A stretch of 32,000 nucleotides of DNA, taken from Planctopirus limnophila DSM 3776 (GTDB taxonomy: Bacteria > Planctomycetota > Planctomycetia > Planctomycetales > Planctomycetaceae). The stretch spans positions 4,050,001 to 4,082,000 of the forward strand of contig NC_014148.1 in assembly GCF_000092105.1 (NCBI RefSeq), given 5' to 3'. Positions 8,900-18,946 of this stretch are shown here, one piece after another (the stretch's first letter is position 1; each line of letters starts with the position of its first letter). Position numbers and translations under genes: made by a program. The notes beneath the pieces were generated by a model. The model searched no databases, was not told the DNA's origin, and was given only the letters and a program-made list of their open reading frames with translations.

Positions 8900-9460
8900 A
8901 TGGTTATGTTGAGGTCATTTTTTCGAGATGAAAGCGGTTTTATTGTCAGTGCCGAACTGGTACTGATTGGCACGTTGGTTGTTCTGGGAATGATCACAGG
9001 TCTTGTCTGTCTTCGTTCAGCTGTGGTCGATGAACTCGCTTCGCTGGGAGCCGCATTCCGTGGCATGAACCAGACCTATTACACGCCGGCATTTTTTGGT
9101 TGCCGCAAGTGGTGGGGACGCACCAGTTTCACAGCGGGTTCATTCTATAGCGATGGTCGCTATTTCGCATCGTATCCTCTAGCGACCGAGATCCAGGGTG
9201 GCTGGGGAACGAGCGATTTTGTTCCAGCCGCACCACCTGTGATCAACACTGCTCCTGGCGATAGTAAGACAGTAACACCCTCGCCCTTGACACCTCAGCC
9301 CGAAGATTGCCCGCCACCCGCTGTGACAACTCCTTGCGACAATTGTCCTCCCGAAGGAAACGTCCACGGCCCGGTAGCTCCGCAATTTCCTCAGTATGGG
9401 CCCGATGGCAAGCCGTTCATCCCCTTTGGCCCATCACCACAGGCATTACCACAGTTTTAA
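8900..9460 (+). CDS. Flp/TadE-like prepilin-type N-terminus fused to a Pro-rich C-terminal region (hypothetical)
   Basis: GAGAGGA lies just upstream of ATG 8900 (alternative ATG at 8906). The N-terminus MLRSFFRDESGFIVSAELVLIGTLVVLGMITGL resembles the Flp leader / G-xxxx-E hydrophobic helix. The C-terminal 70 aa are Pro-rich. The ORF is open from 8870. Confidence 0.55.
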   Translation: MVMLRSFFRDESGFIVSAELVLIGTLVVLGMITGLVCLRSAVVDELASLGAAFRGMNQTYYTPAFFGCRKWWGRTSFTAGSFYSDGRYFASYPLATEIQGGWGTSDFVPAAPPVINTAPGDSKTVTPSPLTPQPEDCPPPAVTTPCDNCPPEGNVHGPVAPQFPQYGPDGKPFIPFGPSPQALPQF

Positions 9461-9518
9461 TAACACTTATTCAACCCTCTATTGACTAGCGAGAGTCGCT
9501 TTCAGCCCGTTGAATACA

Positions 9519-9560
9519 GACAGGCCATGAGGAATACACCTCATGGCCTGTCAATTTTTT
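9519..9560 (+). terminator. Rho-independent terminator
   Basis: 14-bp perfect stem gacaggccatgagg (9519-9532) / cctcatggcctgtc (9539-9552) with a 6-nt loop, followed by aaTTTTTT (9553-9560). It lies 59 nt after the stop of the 8900..9460 gene. Confidence 0.85.
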
Positions 9561-9603
9561 GCGAGAGTGATATTGAGCTTCGTAGGAAGCTATCGATCAT
9601 TCT

Positions 9604-11001
9604 TTAATAGCGAACTTCACCACCGACCGTCAGTCCCTGCAGGAAGGCATCTGTAAATCGAGGATTCAATCTCAAATTTGTCTCAGGAGGGTTAGTCTGT
9701 GTGGTCGCGTTGTAATCCACATTCATGTAAGGCCGACTGACCATACCTGTCCACATCCCTTCCCAGCTCACAAAAATCGAGAAGTTCTGCGTGACATGAA
9801 CCTTACCCGAGACTTGCAGATCCAGAATGGGACCGAAGGTTGTGTCTGTGACAGTTTGACTCACAAGTCCTTCGCCCTCAAGCACATTCTGATCCGACAA
9901 GGTGGCTTTGTAGGAGTTCAAACCAATCAAGGCTTTAGGTTCCGCAGCCAATGAGAACCTCTTGCCGACTAACTCGGCCCGCAAACCAACCTGTGGCCCG
10001 TAGTAGTTGTTATTGACGCTGGAATCAATCGTCGTCGTATAGGTCGTCGCTGCAGGATCGGAAGGATCTTCACCCGCCGATGTATTTACACCGACCTGTG
10101 AAAATGTTTCTCGGAAATTCATGTAGCGAAAACCAATCATGGGTCGCACTTGAAAGAAGGCATTTGGATCAGGTGCATCGACCACATAATTCGCTTCAGT
10201 CCCCCAGATGCCAGTTCGTAATGTCGCCTGGTAGGAACGATCAAAGCTGAGAAGTGCGTTACTGCCATCGACATCCAGTGGAATCAGTGGGAAAATCCCG
10301 TCCAATGTCCCCGTGCCGGATGGGATCTGCACGCCACCAACAATGCTTGAAGTGTTTGTCTGCAAACTAAAGACACTGGTTTCCAATGTCCCTTCAAAAA
10401 TCGGTAAGCCCCACGTCCCACGAATACCGTTGTTATCCTTCAGCGAGATGGTATCCAGATTTTGCACCACACCCTGACCAATGAGTGCACCAGTCACCAG
10501 ATCAGTCGCAGGGATTAATGCCCCGGGATTATTCCGAAAGCCCGAAAGATCAGTACCCACGACCGTATTTCCAGGGTCTTCCACATCCCAGAGCAAATAT
10601 TCGAGACGGAAGAAACCGTGGCGGAAGGTGTTCTTCAAGGCCTTCTCGATCGGCGAATCGGCATACATCCAGCCACCGTCATCCGGATACTGCGTGTAAG
10701 TCGTATTCGGCATGTTCCCATCAATGAAGCCATTCCCTGGATAACCATAAGCTGGTGGAAATGGCGCCGAGTATCCCTGCGGGCCATATCCATTGGGATA
10801 CCCGCCATGCGGGCCCTGAGGCATCATCCCCTGCCCGTATTGACCCTGCCCTTGCGGGCCGGGACCAAACGATGGCTGGGCATACCCCCCAGAGCCGTAA
10901 ACGCTGTCAGCCTGAGGAAACGATCCATCCTGCGCGAAAGCATTCGAGCTCATCGCGAGTGGTAGCAGGCATAATGTGGTGAAAAGGTACCGCACCGGCA
11001 T
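9604..11001 (-). CDS. outer-membrane beta-barrel protein (planctomycetal BBP7-like) with Gly/Pro/Gln/Tyr-rich N-terminal region
   Basis: Signal peptide MPVRYLFTTLCLLPLAMSSNAFAQ (start at the internal ATG 11001; the ORF is open to 11028). A low-complexity GPQGYG-rich stretch follows, then alternating amphipathic strands. The C-terminal ...LTVGGEVRY has the terminal aromatic residue typical of OM barrels. Confidence 0.7.
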   Translation of the reverse strand: MPVRYLFTTLCLLPLAMSSNAFAQDGSFPQADSVYGSGGYAQPSFGPGPQGQGQYGQGMMPQGPHGGYPNGYGPQGYSAPFPPAYGYPGNGFIDGNMPNTTYTQYPDDGGWMYADSPIEKALKNTFRHGFFRLEYLLWDVEDPGNTVVGTDLSGFRNNPGALIPATDLVTGALIGQGVVQNLDTISLKDNNGIRGTWGLPIFEGTLETSVFSLQTNTSSIVGGVQIPSGTGTLDGIFPLIPLDVDGSNALLSFDRSYQATLRTGIWGTEANYVVDAPDPNAFFQVRPMIGFRYMNFRETFSQVGVNTSAGEDPSDPAATTYTTTIDSSVNNNYYGPQVGLRAELVGKRFSLAAEPKALIGLNSYKATLSDQNVLEGEGLVSQTVTDTTFGPILDLQVSGKVHVTQNFSIFVSWEGMWTGMVSRPYMNVDYNATTQTNPPETNLRLNPRFTDAFLQGLTVGGEVRY

Positions 11002-11403
11002 GTTCACCTTCCCAGGTCGAGTGTCCACAGTAGGGGCATCCTGCTGGCGACAAGACTATGTGTGCTCGACTGGTCTCACCAGAGATACCCTGGTCCCAAA
11101 GCACACGACAATTCCGAATGTGTCGTATGTATCGGTTGTAAGAGCCAATCGACTTGCCGCTTTCCCGTCCCGGGCTGTTAAAAAACTCCGGCAATACCGT
11201 CTATAGCGAATCTAACGGCGAAACATGCCTTTCCTGAATCGGCAAAGTCTGCCATTCACTTAGGCTTGACCTGTTTTCGATTTCGCGCCAGCCATCTCGC
11301 AGAGACCGCGCAATCTCGAATAACAAAGATGGATCAGGCGAAGTGGCGGGATATATTCAATGGTCATCAGCGAATGCCTGTCAGACCATTGGGAGAGTTC
11401 CGC

Positions 11404-12747
11404 ATGCCTTCCACCACAATTCTTAACTGCAGCAGATGGATTTTTTGTCAACTCCGACACGGATTCCTGACTTTCACTCTCTTGATGTGCTCTGCTTTCA
11501 CATCGATCACAGCTCTGGCAGACGAACTGAAAGTCGACGAAGTGCAGCGGTTGATTGATGCCTACACCCGCAAGCATCCCGCTGCCGTTGTCGCAGCTAA
11601 AATCATCCGGCCCGCAGGTGACCTCTATGTGACTTCCGGAGAGTTCATTCCTGAGGAAGTCCTCCGAACTGACAAGTCCAGCACTGAAAGATCTGACACT
11701 CAAAAACCCAATGACAAACCAGCACGTTCCGCTGATGAACATTCCCTCTTTGCCCTGGCCTCGGTGACCAAAACCTTCACTGGGGTCCTTCTGGCACTTC
11801 TTGCCGAAAAGCAGGTTCTCTCCCTCGGGGATCCTGCCGTCGATTATCTGCCGCAAGCCTGGAAGCTCCCGAGCGAACATCAGGCGGGTATCGAGCGAAA
11901 AATCTCACTATTGGAACTGGCCACACACTCATCCGGCCTTCCTGTCCAACCGCCAGATATTGTGAGTTTTGCCAGGCAACACCAGACCGAAAACAATCCC
12001 TATTCTCTGTATGACCGCAAGGCTCTCGAACAGTCTCTTCCCGGAGTCAAGCTCAGCCATCCGATGGGCGAAAAGTACCTCTACTCGAATCTGGGGATGG
12101 GCCTGTTAGGGCATGCACTGGCCAATGCGACCAACACCGCGACCTTTGAATCCGCTTTACAGACTCATCTGCTGGAACCACTCGAGCTTCACGAGACGAG
12201 GGTCCATTTAACACCAGAAATGCAGACGCGACGAGTTCCGACTTTCAATCAACAAGGGATCGCTGCACCCACCTGGTCGTTTGCGACTTTAGAAGCCTGT
12301 GGCGGGCTCCACTCCTCCATCCATGATCTGACAAGGTGGGTCAAAGCCCATTTTCCACCCCCGAAAGATACTGAGAATCCCAACACCGACGAAAGCCTGC
12401 TTCCACAGCGACACTCTTCCCCAGAGATTTCCGCTGCGTTCGCCAACAGTTTAAAGACTCATTTTCCCCAACATCCCGACCCGTTGTCGAAAAAGCTTCA
12501 AATGGGACTGGGATGGCACTTGATAACCATTCCTCTGCCGAAAAACACGATGCCCGACAACCACAAAAATGAACATCGCCCCAGCAGGAAAAGGATCGCT
12601 TTTCACGCTGGGGCGACAACCGCCTCAAGAAGTTTTGTCGCTCTCGATGCCGAACATCGTGTCGGTGTGATTCTGCTGGCCAATGTCCCGCATTCGCTGG
12701 ACGATATCGGCATCCAACTGATGCAGCGATTACTGACCCACGAATGA
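11404..12747 (+). CDS. serine hydrolase, beta-lactamase/transpeptidase-like (class C / EstB-like) family
   Basis: SxxK nucleophile motif (LASVTKTF), YxN motif (LYSNLG) and a distal HAG triad position (FHAGATTASRSF). The ORF is open from 11266. ATG at 11404 gives a plausible signal sequence ending ...SITALA. Confidence 0.8.
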   Translation: MPSTTILNCSRWIFCQLRHGFLTFTLLMCSAFTSITALADELKVDEVQRLIDAYTRKHPAAVVAAKIIRPAGDLYVTSGEFIPEEVLRTDKSSTERSDTQKPNDKPARSADEHSLFALASVTKTFTGVLLALLAEKQVLSLGDPAVDYLPQAWKLPSEHQAGIERKISLLELATHSSGLPVQPPDIVSFARQHQTENNPYSLYDRKALEQSLPGVKLSHPMGEKYLYSNLGMGLLGHALANATNTATFESALQTHLLEPLELHETRVHLTPEMQTRRVPTFNQQGIAAPTWSFATLEACGGLHSSIHDLTRWVKAHFPPPKDTENPNTDESLLPQRHSSPEISAAFANSLKTHFPQHPDPLSKKLQMGLGWHLITIPLPKNTMPDNHKNEHRPSRKRIAFHAGATTASRSFVALDAEHRVGVILLANVPHSLDDIGIQLMQRLLTHE

Positions 12748-12769
12748 GCCCATTTCAGAAGTCATCCAA

Positions 12770-13828
12770 CTATTGCCGACGGAATCGATACTCTTCATTT
12801 TTCGAATCGAAATCCGCTGCTGCTAACTGCTGGCCAAAAGAAATTTCTGTGTAGCTGTAGGCCTCCAGTAAGGTTTCCTCATCGACAGTCTCCGCGTCGG
12901 CAGTACCACTCGATGGCCAGGAAAAGTTTCGAATGCAAACGGGAACTTTCCACTCGTTATCAATGATCGTGATTGTCTTGCGATAATCCGGCGAAACGTC
13001 TTTCGAACGGTATTCCACCTGGAATGCCGTACAAGGACGATCCCCAAACGTCTCGCCTTCCAGCACATCACAACTGGCAAAATTAGCCGCTTGCAAATCC
13101 ATAGTGTGATAATGAAGCATCAGTTTCGTCAGCTCGAGTAACCCCGCTTTTGTCACAGGATACCGCGATTCGGCCATCGCCAGCGAACTTTCAGGTTCAA
13201 TCGAAATCGCTGGTAAGCGGGCCTTCCAACCACCGGCATGCACAATCATCTTGTCTGCATTTTCACCGGCGACATACAGCACTTCTCGACCTGCATCACC
13301 AGTCAGCCATTTCAGATAAATACTGAATGGCTGATGACGAATCTTGACGTAAATCGACTGCTCTTCCGTCAACTCACCAGCCACCAGCTCCTGCTTCGTG
13401 AACTGGGCGGTGTAATCCGGTGTCTGCTGCAGAAAAGCCAATCCTTCACGCAGCATGCTCACTTTTCGCCGCAGATTCGCAGCTTCAGGAGTCTCCGCGG
13501 TCACTGGCTCAACCTTCTCGATGACGCTCCGCCCCATCGAATCGGCAGTGGTCGCTGTCGCCATGGCCACTTCAATCGCAGGATTCATGTCAGAAGTGGC
13601 CGAACTCTCTGCAGTTAAATCCGTTTTACTCTCAGGTGTCGATCTAGCAAACGACATCTTGAGTGGCTGAGATTTTTTGACCACGATCTGGCGGTAGTCA
13701 GCACCGGCAATCGAGGGATCAAATTCGAGACGAAGCCCGATCAAGGTCACAAGAGCCAGAGCCACGGCTGTTCCATTAGCACGATGAACAGTCGGCAGAC
13801 TCCAGTAAAGACGAATCATTCGACGCAT
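12770..13828 (-). CDS. hypothetical secreted protein, DUF1571-like (planctomycetal family; assignment from memory)
   Basis: Start preferred at MRRMIRLYWSLPTVHRANGTAVALALVTLIGL (signal/anchor); the ORF is open to 13939. The C-terminal 230 aa (LAFLQQTPDYTAQFTKQELVAGEL...IYLKWL...VLYVAGENADKMIVHAGGW...) match my recollection of DUF1571. Confidence 0.55.
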   Translation of the reverse strand: MRRMIRLYWSLPTVHRANGTAVALALVTLIGLRLEFDPSIAGADYRQIVVKKSQPLKMSFARSTPESKTDLTAESSATSDMNPAIEVAMATATTADSMGRSVIEKVEPVTAETPEAANLRRKVSMLREGLAFLQQTPDYTAQFTKQELVAGELTEEQSIYVKIRHQPFSIYLKWLTGDAGREVLYVAGENADKMIVHAGGWKARLPAISIEPESSLAMAESRYPVTKAGLLELTKLMLHYHTMDLQAANFASCDVLEGETFGDRPCTAFQVEYRSKDVSPDYRKTITIIDNEWKVPVCIRNFSWPSSGTADAETVDEETLLEAYSYTEISFGQQLAAADFDSKNEEYRFRRQ

Positions 13829-14483
13829 ACATGGGGTTTCCTGGTTGGGGAGCCACAGTCGATCACGGAGAAACGAAAGGCAATTTGCGTCGGGGGCAGA
13901 TTCCACAAGACAGGATGCGCACTCACAGTTTCGACCCAAACCAGGATGCGACCAGGTTGGCCCAAGCCAAGCCTTGCCCAGATCTCACCGAGTTCATCAT
14001 CGGCAAATAAGCAAGCTGGTTATGAGGCACGAGTCGATGACATCCGCAGGATTTGCCAGATGAACTGCCGATCAGCGAGAAAGAATTGCCAGGAAAGAGC
14101 CCACCACAAAGAGAATCGGCGAACCTTGCAGAACTTCCGCACCCCGTTTGTCTCTGACTGATCGACCAGACTCCTCGGGACACATGCCCCAGCCGTCAGA
14201 GTCTCGCATCGGAATATGACGAAAGAATCATCTGGCTTACCGGTTGTTCAGGATCGATGTTCTCACCTCTGCCAGCAAATGAAGCCGGCACAAGATTCAA
14301 GCTGCGGAAGAAACGTCCGTTCAACAAGGTGGATTTGCCACGAATAACGGATCGGATTTGCCGCGAAACTGAGACATTGGTTGAAAACCAGCCACATCAG
14401 TCGAATTTCACGAGGTAGACTATCCACACGAGGACGATGGATTGTGGAATTCTCTCAGCAGACGCCATTGTTAACCCTGATCT

Positions 14484-14502
14484 TGACCAGATGATCTGGT
14501 CA
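14484..14502. promoter_or_regulatory. 19-bp perfect palindrome, candidate operator upstream of the ABC transporter operon
   Basis: tgaccagat-g-atctggtca (9+1+9), about 105 nt upstream of the ATG at 14606. A second 8-bp palindrome, atcgcgat, lies at 14509-14516. Confidence 0.3.
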
Positions 14503-14605
14503 CGTTGTATCGCGATTAACAATCAACACGAAGTTAATGATTATCCGAGCGGGGCCGGGCTTTTCTCTCGAGAGGGGCTTCTGCCGCGAAGACCATTGGC
14601 AACTT

Positions 14606-15430
14606 ATGATTCAACTGGATCGACTGACGAAAAAGTTCTCAGACTTCAAGACGGGTGAACGTCTGGCACTTGATCACGTCAGCTTCGATGTCAAACCCGG
14701 CGAAATCTTTGGACTACTGGGCCCCAATGGCGCAGGTAAAACCACCTGCCTGAGAATTCTCAGTACTGTCCTTAAACCAAGTTCCGGTTCCGCCATCATC
14801 GCCGGCTACGACGTCGCCACTCATCCTGCTCAAGTTCGCGCCCGCATCGGCTTCATGTCGAATAACACCGGCATCTACGACCGCATGACCGCCTGGGAAC
14901 TTGTCGAATACTATGGTCGGCTCTATGGCATTCCGCAGGCACAACTCACTCAGCGACTCGAAACGATTTTCAGCACATTGCAGATGAATGAAATTCGCGA
15001 AGTGCTCGGCTCCAAAATGTCGACCGGTATGAAACAGAAGGTTTCCATCGCCCGAGCCATTGTGCACGATCCACCCGTCATGATCTTCGACGAACCGACC
15101 AGTGGACTCGATGTGCTTGTCGCCCGCAGAGTGATTCACGCTGTCGAATCACTGCGAGATCAGGGCAAGTGCATCATCTTCTCGACACACATCATGCGTG
15201 AAGTCGAGAAACTGTGTGACCGCATTGCGATCATTTATCGCGGACGCATCCTGGCTCAGGGTTCCATTGAAGAACTGCGCGATACACATCATCAGCGGGA
15301 TATCGAAGAACTCTTTTTTGAACTGATTTCCGCCTGCGATGCCGAAGAAGCTGAGCACCTTCGTGCCAATGAAGACTCCATCAATCCCGGCCTCGACGAC
15401 ACCAGCACGAACGTCGAGGTGAGACCATGA
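14606..15430 (+). CDS. ABC transporter ATP-binding protein (NatA-like, ABC-2 exporter type)
   Basis: Walker [10 protein letters not shown], signature-like [12 protein letters not shown], Walker [13 protein letters not shown] and H-loop FSTHIM. ATG at 14606 ([11 protein letters not shown]) fits the family N-terminus; the ORF is open from 14537. Its stop overlaps the next gene's ATG (ATGA at 15427). Confidence 0.9.
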   Translation: MIQLDRLTKKFSDFKTGERLALDHVSFDVKPGEIFGLLGPNGAGKTTCLRILSTVLKPSSGSAIIAGYDVATHPAQVRARIGFMSNNTGIYDRMTAWELVEYYGRLYGIPQAQLTQRLETIFSTLQMNEIREVLGSKMSTGMKQKVSIARAIVHDPPVMIFDEPTSGLDVLVARRVIHAVESLRDQGKCIIFSTHIMREVEKLCDRIAIIYRGRILAQGSIEELRDTHHQRDIEELFFELISACDAEEAEHLRANEDSINPGLDDTSTNVEVRP

Positions 15431-17919
15431 ACTGGCGCAATGTCTGGCTGATTTTCCGCCGCGAAGTTCTCGATCAATTGCGCGATCGCCGCACATTATT
15501 TATGGTGGCTGTTTTACCATTACTGCTGTATCCCGCACTGGGAATCGGCATGATGCAGTTGACTGTACTCTTCAGCGAGCAGCCTCGCACGGTCGTGATT
15601 CTGGGAGCTGCTGATCTTCCTCCGCCTCAACTGCTCGATGGTCATCGCTTTGCTCAAGCCTGGTTCGAGACCAATACCGAGAGCCGGAACAAGCTCGAAG
15701 TCATTACCGATCTGCCACCAGAAAACGCAGACACAGAAAACTCCAAAGCTTCATCTGCCGATGCTGAGCAGCCGACGAATACCACAAAAAAGTCAGCCGC
15801 TTCACCTGCCGATCTGGCTCGCCGACAAAGAATCCTCAACCAGGCTAAAGAACTTCAGGTTCTTATTGAACAACTTAAACTGCTCAATCCCGCTGCGGTC
15901 GAAAGAGGTCGCCCTGCAACTTTACTTTCCCCCGAACTGGAAGCCACTCAGGTTCAACTTCGCAAAACGATGAGTGAGCTCTTTAAGCAAAGCGGCATTC
16001 AGGTTCTCATTATCATCCCGCCCGATTTTGACCAGAGTATCGAAGCCGTCAAGCAGCAACTTGCCAGTCAACGTAGCCAGCCAGGCGAAGACAGCGCAAA
16101 GGATGCCATTGCACCACTGGCCCCCACCACACCACTGACACCTGCGAACAACTTCGACTACCCCCGACCACTCATTATTCGCAATCGTGCGGATGACAAA
16201 TCGGTGATTGCCTACACACGCGTTGTTGAAGTGATGGAATCGTGGGAAAGGCAGATCCTTCGCGATCAACTGAAAGCCGGTGGTCTTCCCGAACAATTGC
16301 CCACACCCATTCGCGCCCACGTCGTCGAACTGGCCGATTCTCAACAGGTCGCGAATAACGTCTGGAGCAAGCTCTTCCCGGCCATGCTGATCATTATGGC
16401 TGTTACCGGCGCGTTTTACCCCGCCATCGATCTGGCTGCGGGTGAGAAAGAACGCGGCACTATGGAAACCCTTCTTATCTGTCCGGCCAGCCGCACCGAA
16501 ATCGTGATTGGCAAATTCTTCACTGTCATGGGCTTCAGTATGGCCACGGCCGTGCTGAATCTCTTAAGCCTCAGCTTCACCGGCAAGTATGTCTCATCGC
16601 TAGCAGCATCCAATCTCTCTCGCAATGTCGATCTGACACTCCCGGCATTCTCATCGCTTGTGTGGGTTGCCGTTCTTCTCATCCCCATTGCTGCTCTCTT
16701 TAGCGCACTTTGCCTCGCACTGGCGACATTCGCGCGAAGTTCTAAAGAAGGTCAATACTACCTCACCCCACTTTTGATGGTGACGTTAGGACTCACGGTC
16801 TTCTGCCTCTCACCCGCTGTCGAAATGCAGCCGTTCTATAGTATTCTGCCAGTCGTTGGCCCAGCCTTGCTGTTAAAAGAGCGACTCCTCGGGACTGCCG
16901 ATTCATATCTTCTGTGGCTCTATTCCATACCGGTACTGATCACGTCGGCCGGCTACAGCCTGCTGGCTCTCTGGTGGGCGATTGATCAGTTCAGTCGAGA
17001 GGAAGTCCTCTTCCGCGAATCCGAACGCTTCGAACTCAAACTCTGGCTCAGGCAACTCCTCCGTGACAAAACGCCGACACCTTCCTTTGCCGAAGCCGGC
17101 GTTTGCTTTGTCGTGATCATGCTGCTGCAGTTTGCAGCTCTCAAAATGTTCCAGCAACCACTCAGTCAGGCCAAGCCCGATGAACTGGGCGGGATCATGC
17201 TCAAACTGATGATTGTTCAACAGGTCGCCATCATTGCCACTCCCGCCCTGATGATGGGAATCATCCTCACAACGAGCGTACGGCAGACCTTTCAATTCCG
17301 CTTTCCGAAGCTGCGCTATCTGGCAGCCTCAATCATACTGGCATTGAGTGTCTTCCCCCTGTCGCTGGAACTCTCCCATCGACTGGCCTGGTTCTTCCCA
17401 CCGTTACCAGAAAGTATGAAGCTGGTCGGCGAACTCCTCTCGAAAAATGAGCAACCTCTGTGGTTACTCCTGGTCGCCTTTGCGATCGCACCTGCGATCT
17501 GCGAAGAACTGGCTTTCCGAGGATTTATCCTGAGTGGCCTCAGGCAGGGCGGCCGACATGGCCTCGCCATCGTCATCTCGGCCATCAGCTTTGGCATCAT
17601 TCACATGGTTTCACAGCAGGTTTTCAATGCCGCACTTCTAGGGCTGATCATTGGTCTTCTGGCCGTTCAAAGCCGGAGCATTTATCCGGGAATGCTCTAT
17701 CACTTCCTGCATAACGGGATGCAAGTGGGCCTGAGTCAAATACAAACTCAACTGACGAAACCCGGGTTCCATCAGACTTTCATCACGGTCTCTGAAGGCG
17801 AACTTGTCTTCCGCCCGCTGCTGCTCCTCCTCTGTGCATTGATTGCCATGGCGGCACTCACCTGGCTCGTCAGCCAGCCATATCCACCTCGTGAAGATTC
17901 CCCCGCACCAGCGAACTGA
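15427..17919 (+). CDS. ABC-2/NatB-like permease fused to a C-terminal CPBP (CAAX/Abi) intramembrane protease domain
   Basis: An N-terminal TM is followed by a roughly 270-aa extracytoplasmic loop and then a 5-6 TM ABC-2 block ([24 protein letters not shown]...). The C-terminal third carries the CPBP motifs EELAFRG ([15 protein letters not shown]), FGIIH (ISFGIIHM) and HFLHN. Confidence 0.8.
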   Translation: MNWRNVWLIFRREVLDQLRDRRTLFMVAVLPLLLYPALGIGMMQLTVLFSEQPRTVVILGAADLPPPQLLDGHRFAQAWFETNTESRNKLEVITDLPPENADTENSKASSADAEQPTNTTKKSAASPADLARRQRILNQAKELQVLIEQLKLLNPAAVERGRPATLLSPELEATQVQLRKTMSELFKQSGIQVLIIIPPDFDQSIEAVKQQLASQRSQPGEDSAKDAIAPLAPTTPLTPANNFDYPRPLIIRNRADDKSVIAYTRVVEVMESWERQILRDQLKAGGLPEQLPTPIRAHVVELADSQQVANNVWSKLFPAMLIIMAVTGAFYPAIDLAAGEKERGTMETLLICPASRTEIVIGKFFTVMGFSMATAVLNLLSLSFTGKYVSSLAASNLSRNVDLTLPAFSSLVWVAVLLIPIAALFSALCLALATFARSSKEGQYYLTPLLMVTLGLTVFCLSPAVEMQPFYSILPVVGPALLLKERLLGTADSYLLWLYSIPVLITSAGYSLLALWWAIDQFSREEVLFRESERFELKLWLRQLLRDKTPTPSFAEAGVCFVVIMLLQFAALKMFQQPLSQAKPDELGGIMLKLMIVQQVAIIATPALMMGIILTTSVRQTFQFRFPKLRYLAASIILALSVFPLSLELSHRLAWFFPPLPESMKLVGELLSKNEQPLWLLLVAFAIAPAICEELAFRGFILSGLRQGGRHGLAIVISAISFGIIHMVSQQVFNAALLGLIIGLLAVQSRSIYPGMLYHFLHNGMQVGLSQIQTQLTKPGFHQTFITVSEGELVFRPLLLLLCALIAMAALTWLVSQPYPPREDSPAPAN

Positions 17920-18156
17920 TCTGGCACATGCTGCCCAATCCATCTGTACATTCGTCACGACAGACATGGGTTGACCACCTGGCTGGTTAATGTCATCTCC
18001 AACACGCCAGTTCTGTCCCAGCCATAGTGAGCCGGGCACCTCGAAGGACTTTCGAGATTCGGGAACTGGTCTCCTCAGCCATCATCACGATCACATCTGC
18101 AGGCATGCCGAGAGGTGATGTTTTGTAGAAATCGTGGAGTTTATGGAGATATCAAG

Positions 18157-18828
18157 ATGACGCGTCGCGATCTCACACACATTACGTTCGTGCTCGATCG
18201 ATCGGGTTCCATGACATCGATCAAAGCCGCCACCATCGAAAGTTTTAATGCCTTTCTCAATTCCCAAAAATCATTGCCCGGCTGCGCCACGATGACTCTG
18301 GTGCAGTTCGACTACGCCTACGAACTCCTGGCCAATATGCAGCCACTCGACGCGATACCTGAACTCGACATTGAGACATTCATCCCCCGCGGTTCGACCG
18401 CATTACTTGATGCCATGGGCCGGGCGATTGCTGAAACTGGGGAAGCACTTTCAAAGCTGCCCGAAGCAGATCGCCCGGGAACGGTGATCTTCGTGACGCT
18501 GACCGATGGTGAAGAGAATTCGAGTCTGCAGTTCGACATGGCGACCATCAATCAGCAGATCAGCCATCAGCGGTCGGTCTATCAGTGGCAGTTTGTTTTC
18601 CTCGCAGCCAATCAGGATGCGATTGCCACGGCAGCGAACCTGGGGATCGGTGCCGGCCAGGCACTCCGTTTTGCCAGCGATCCCGAAAAAGTAGCCGCCA
18701 CTTTTGACATTATGAACGCACAAATGCAGAAGGTTCGCGCTGCGAAAATGGCCGATGACGACGAGGCTGACCCACTCCTCAGTGAAATCGAATTCACCGA
18801 CGCGATGCGAATTCTGGCGGATGAATAA
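18157..18828 (+). CDS. stand-alone von Willebrand factor A (vWA) domain protein with MIDAS motif
   Basis: GGAGAT RBS lies 7 nt upstream of ATG 18157. DxSxS MIDAS (FVLDRSGSMTS), downstream Thr (GSTALLDAMG) and Asp (LTDGEEN) positions are present. About 224 aa with an acidic C-terminal tail (DDDEADPLLSEIEF). Confidence 0.8.
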   Translation: MTRRDLTHITFVLDRSGSMTSIKAATIESFNAFLNSQKSLPGCATMTLVQFDYAYELLANMQPLDAIPELDIETFIPRGSTALLDAMGRAIAETGEALSKLPEADRPGTVIFVTLTDGEENSSLQFDMATINQQISHQRSVYQWQFVFLAANQDAIATAANLGIGAGQALRFASDPEKVAATFDIMNAQMQKVRAAKMADDDEADPLLSEIEFTDAMRILADE

Positions 18829-18946
18829 CTCTTCACTCAGACAAACGTTCGCATAATAAACCACTTGTGCGCGGGCGTTCACTCAGGCATGATCTTCCAC
18901 ACAGTTGTTTTCACCCACTTACCGGTGCGTCAAGGGCCACATACGC

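Noticed and set aside
10750-10900. Repetitive Gly/Pro/Gln/Tyr-coding stretch as a possible tandem DNA repeat or array
   Set aside because: It lies in-frame inside the outer-membrane protein gene and encodes a low-complexity linker. It is not a regular nucleotide repeat.
11260-11880. 206-aa minus-strand ORF
   Set aside because: It is antisense to the N-terminal part of the serine hydrolase, which carries the SxxK motif. No motifs and implausible composition.
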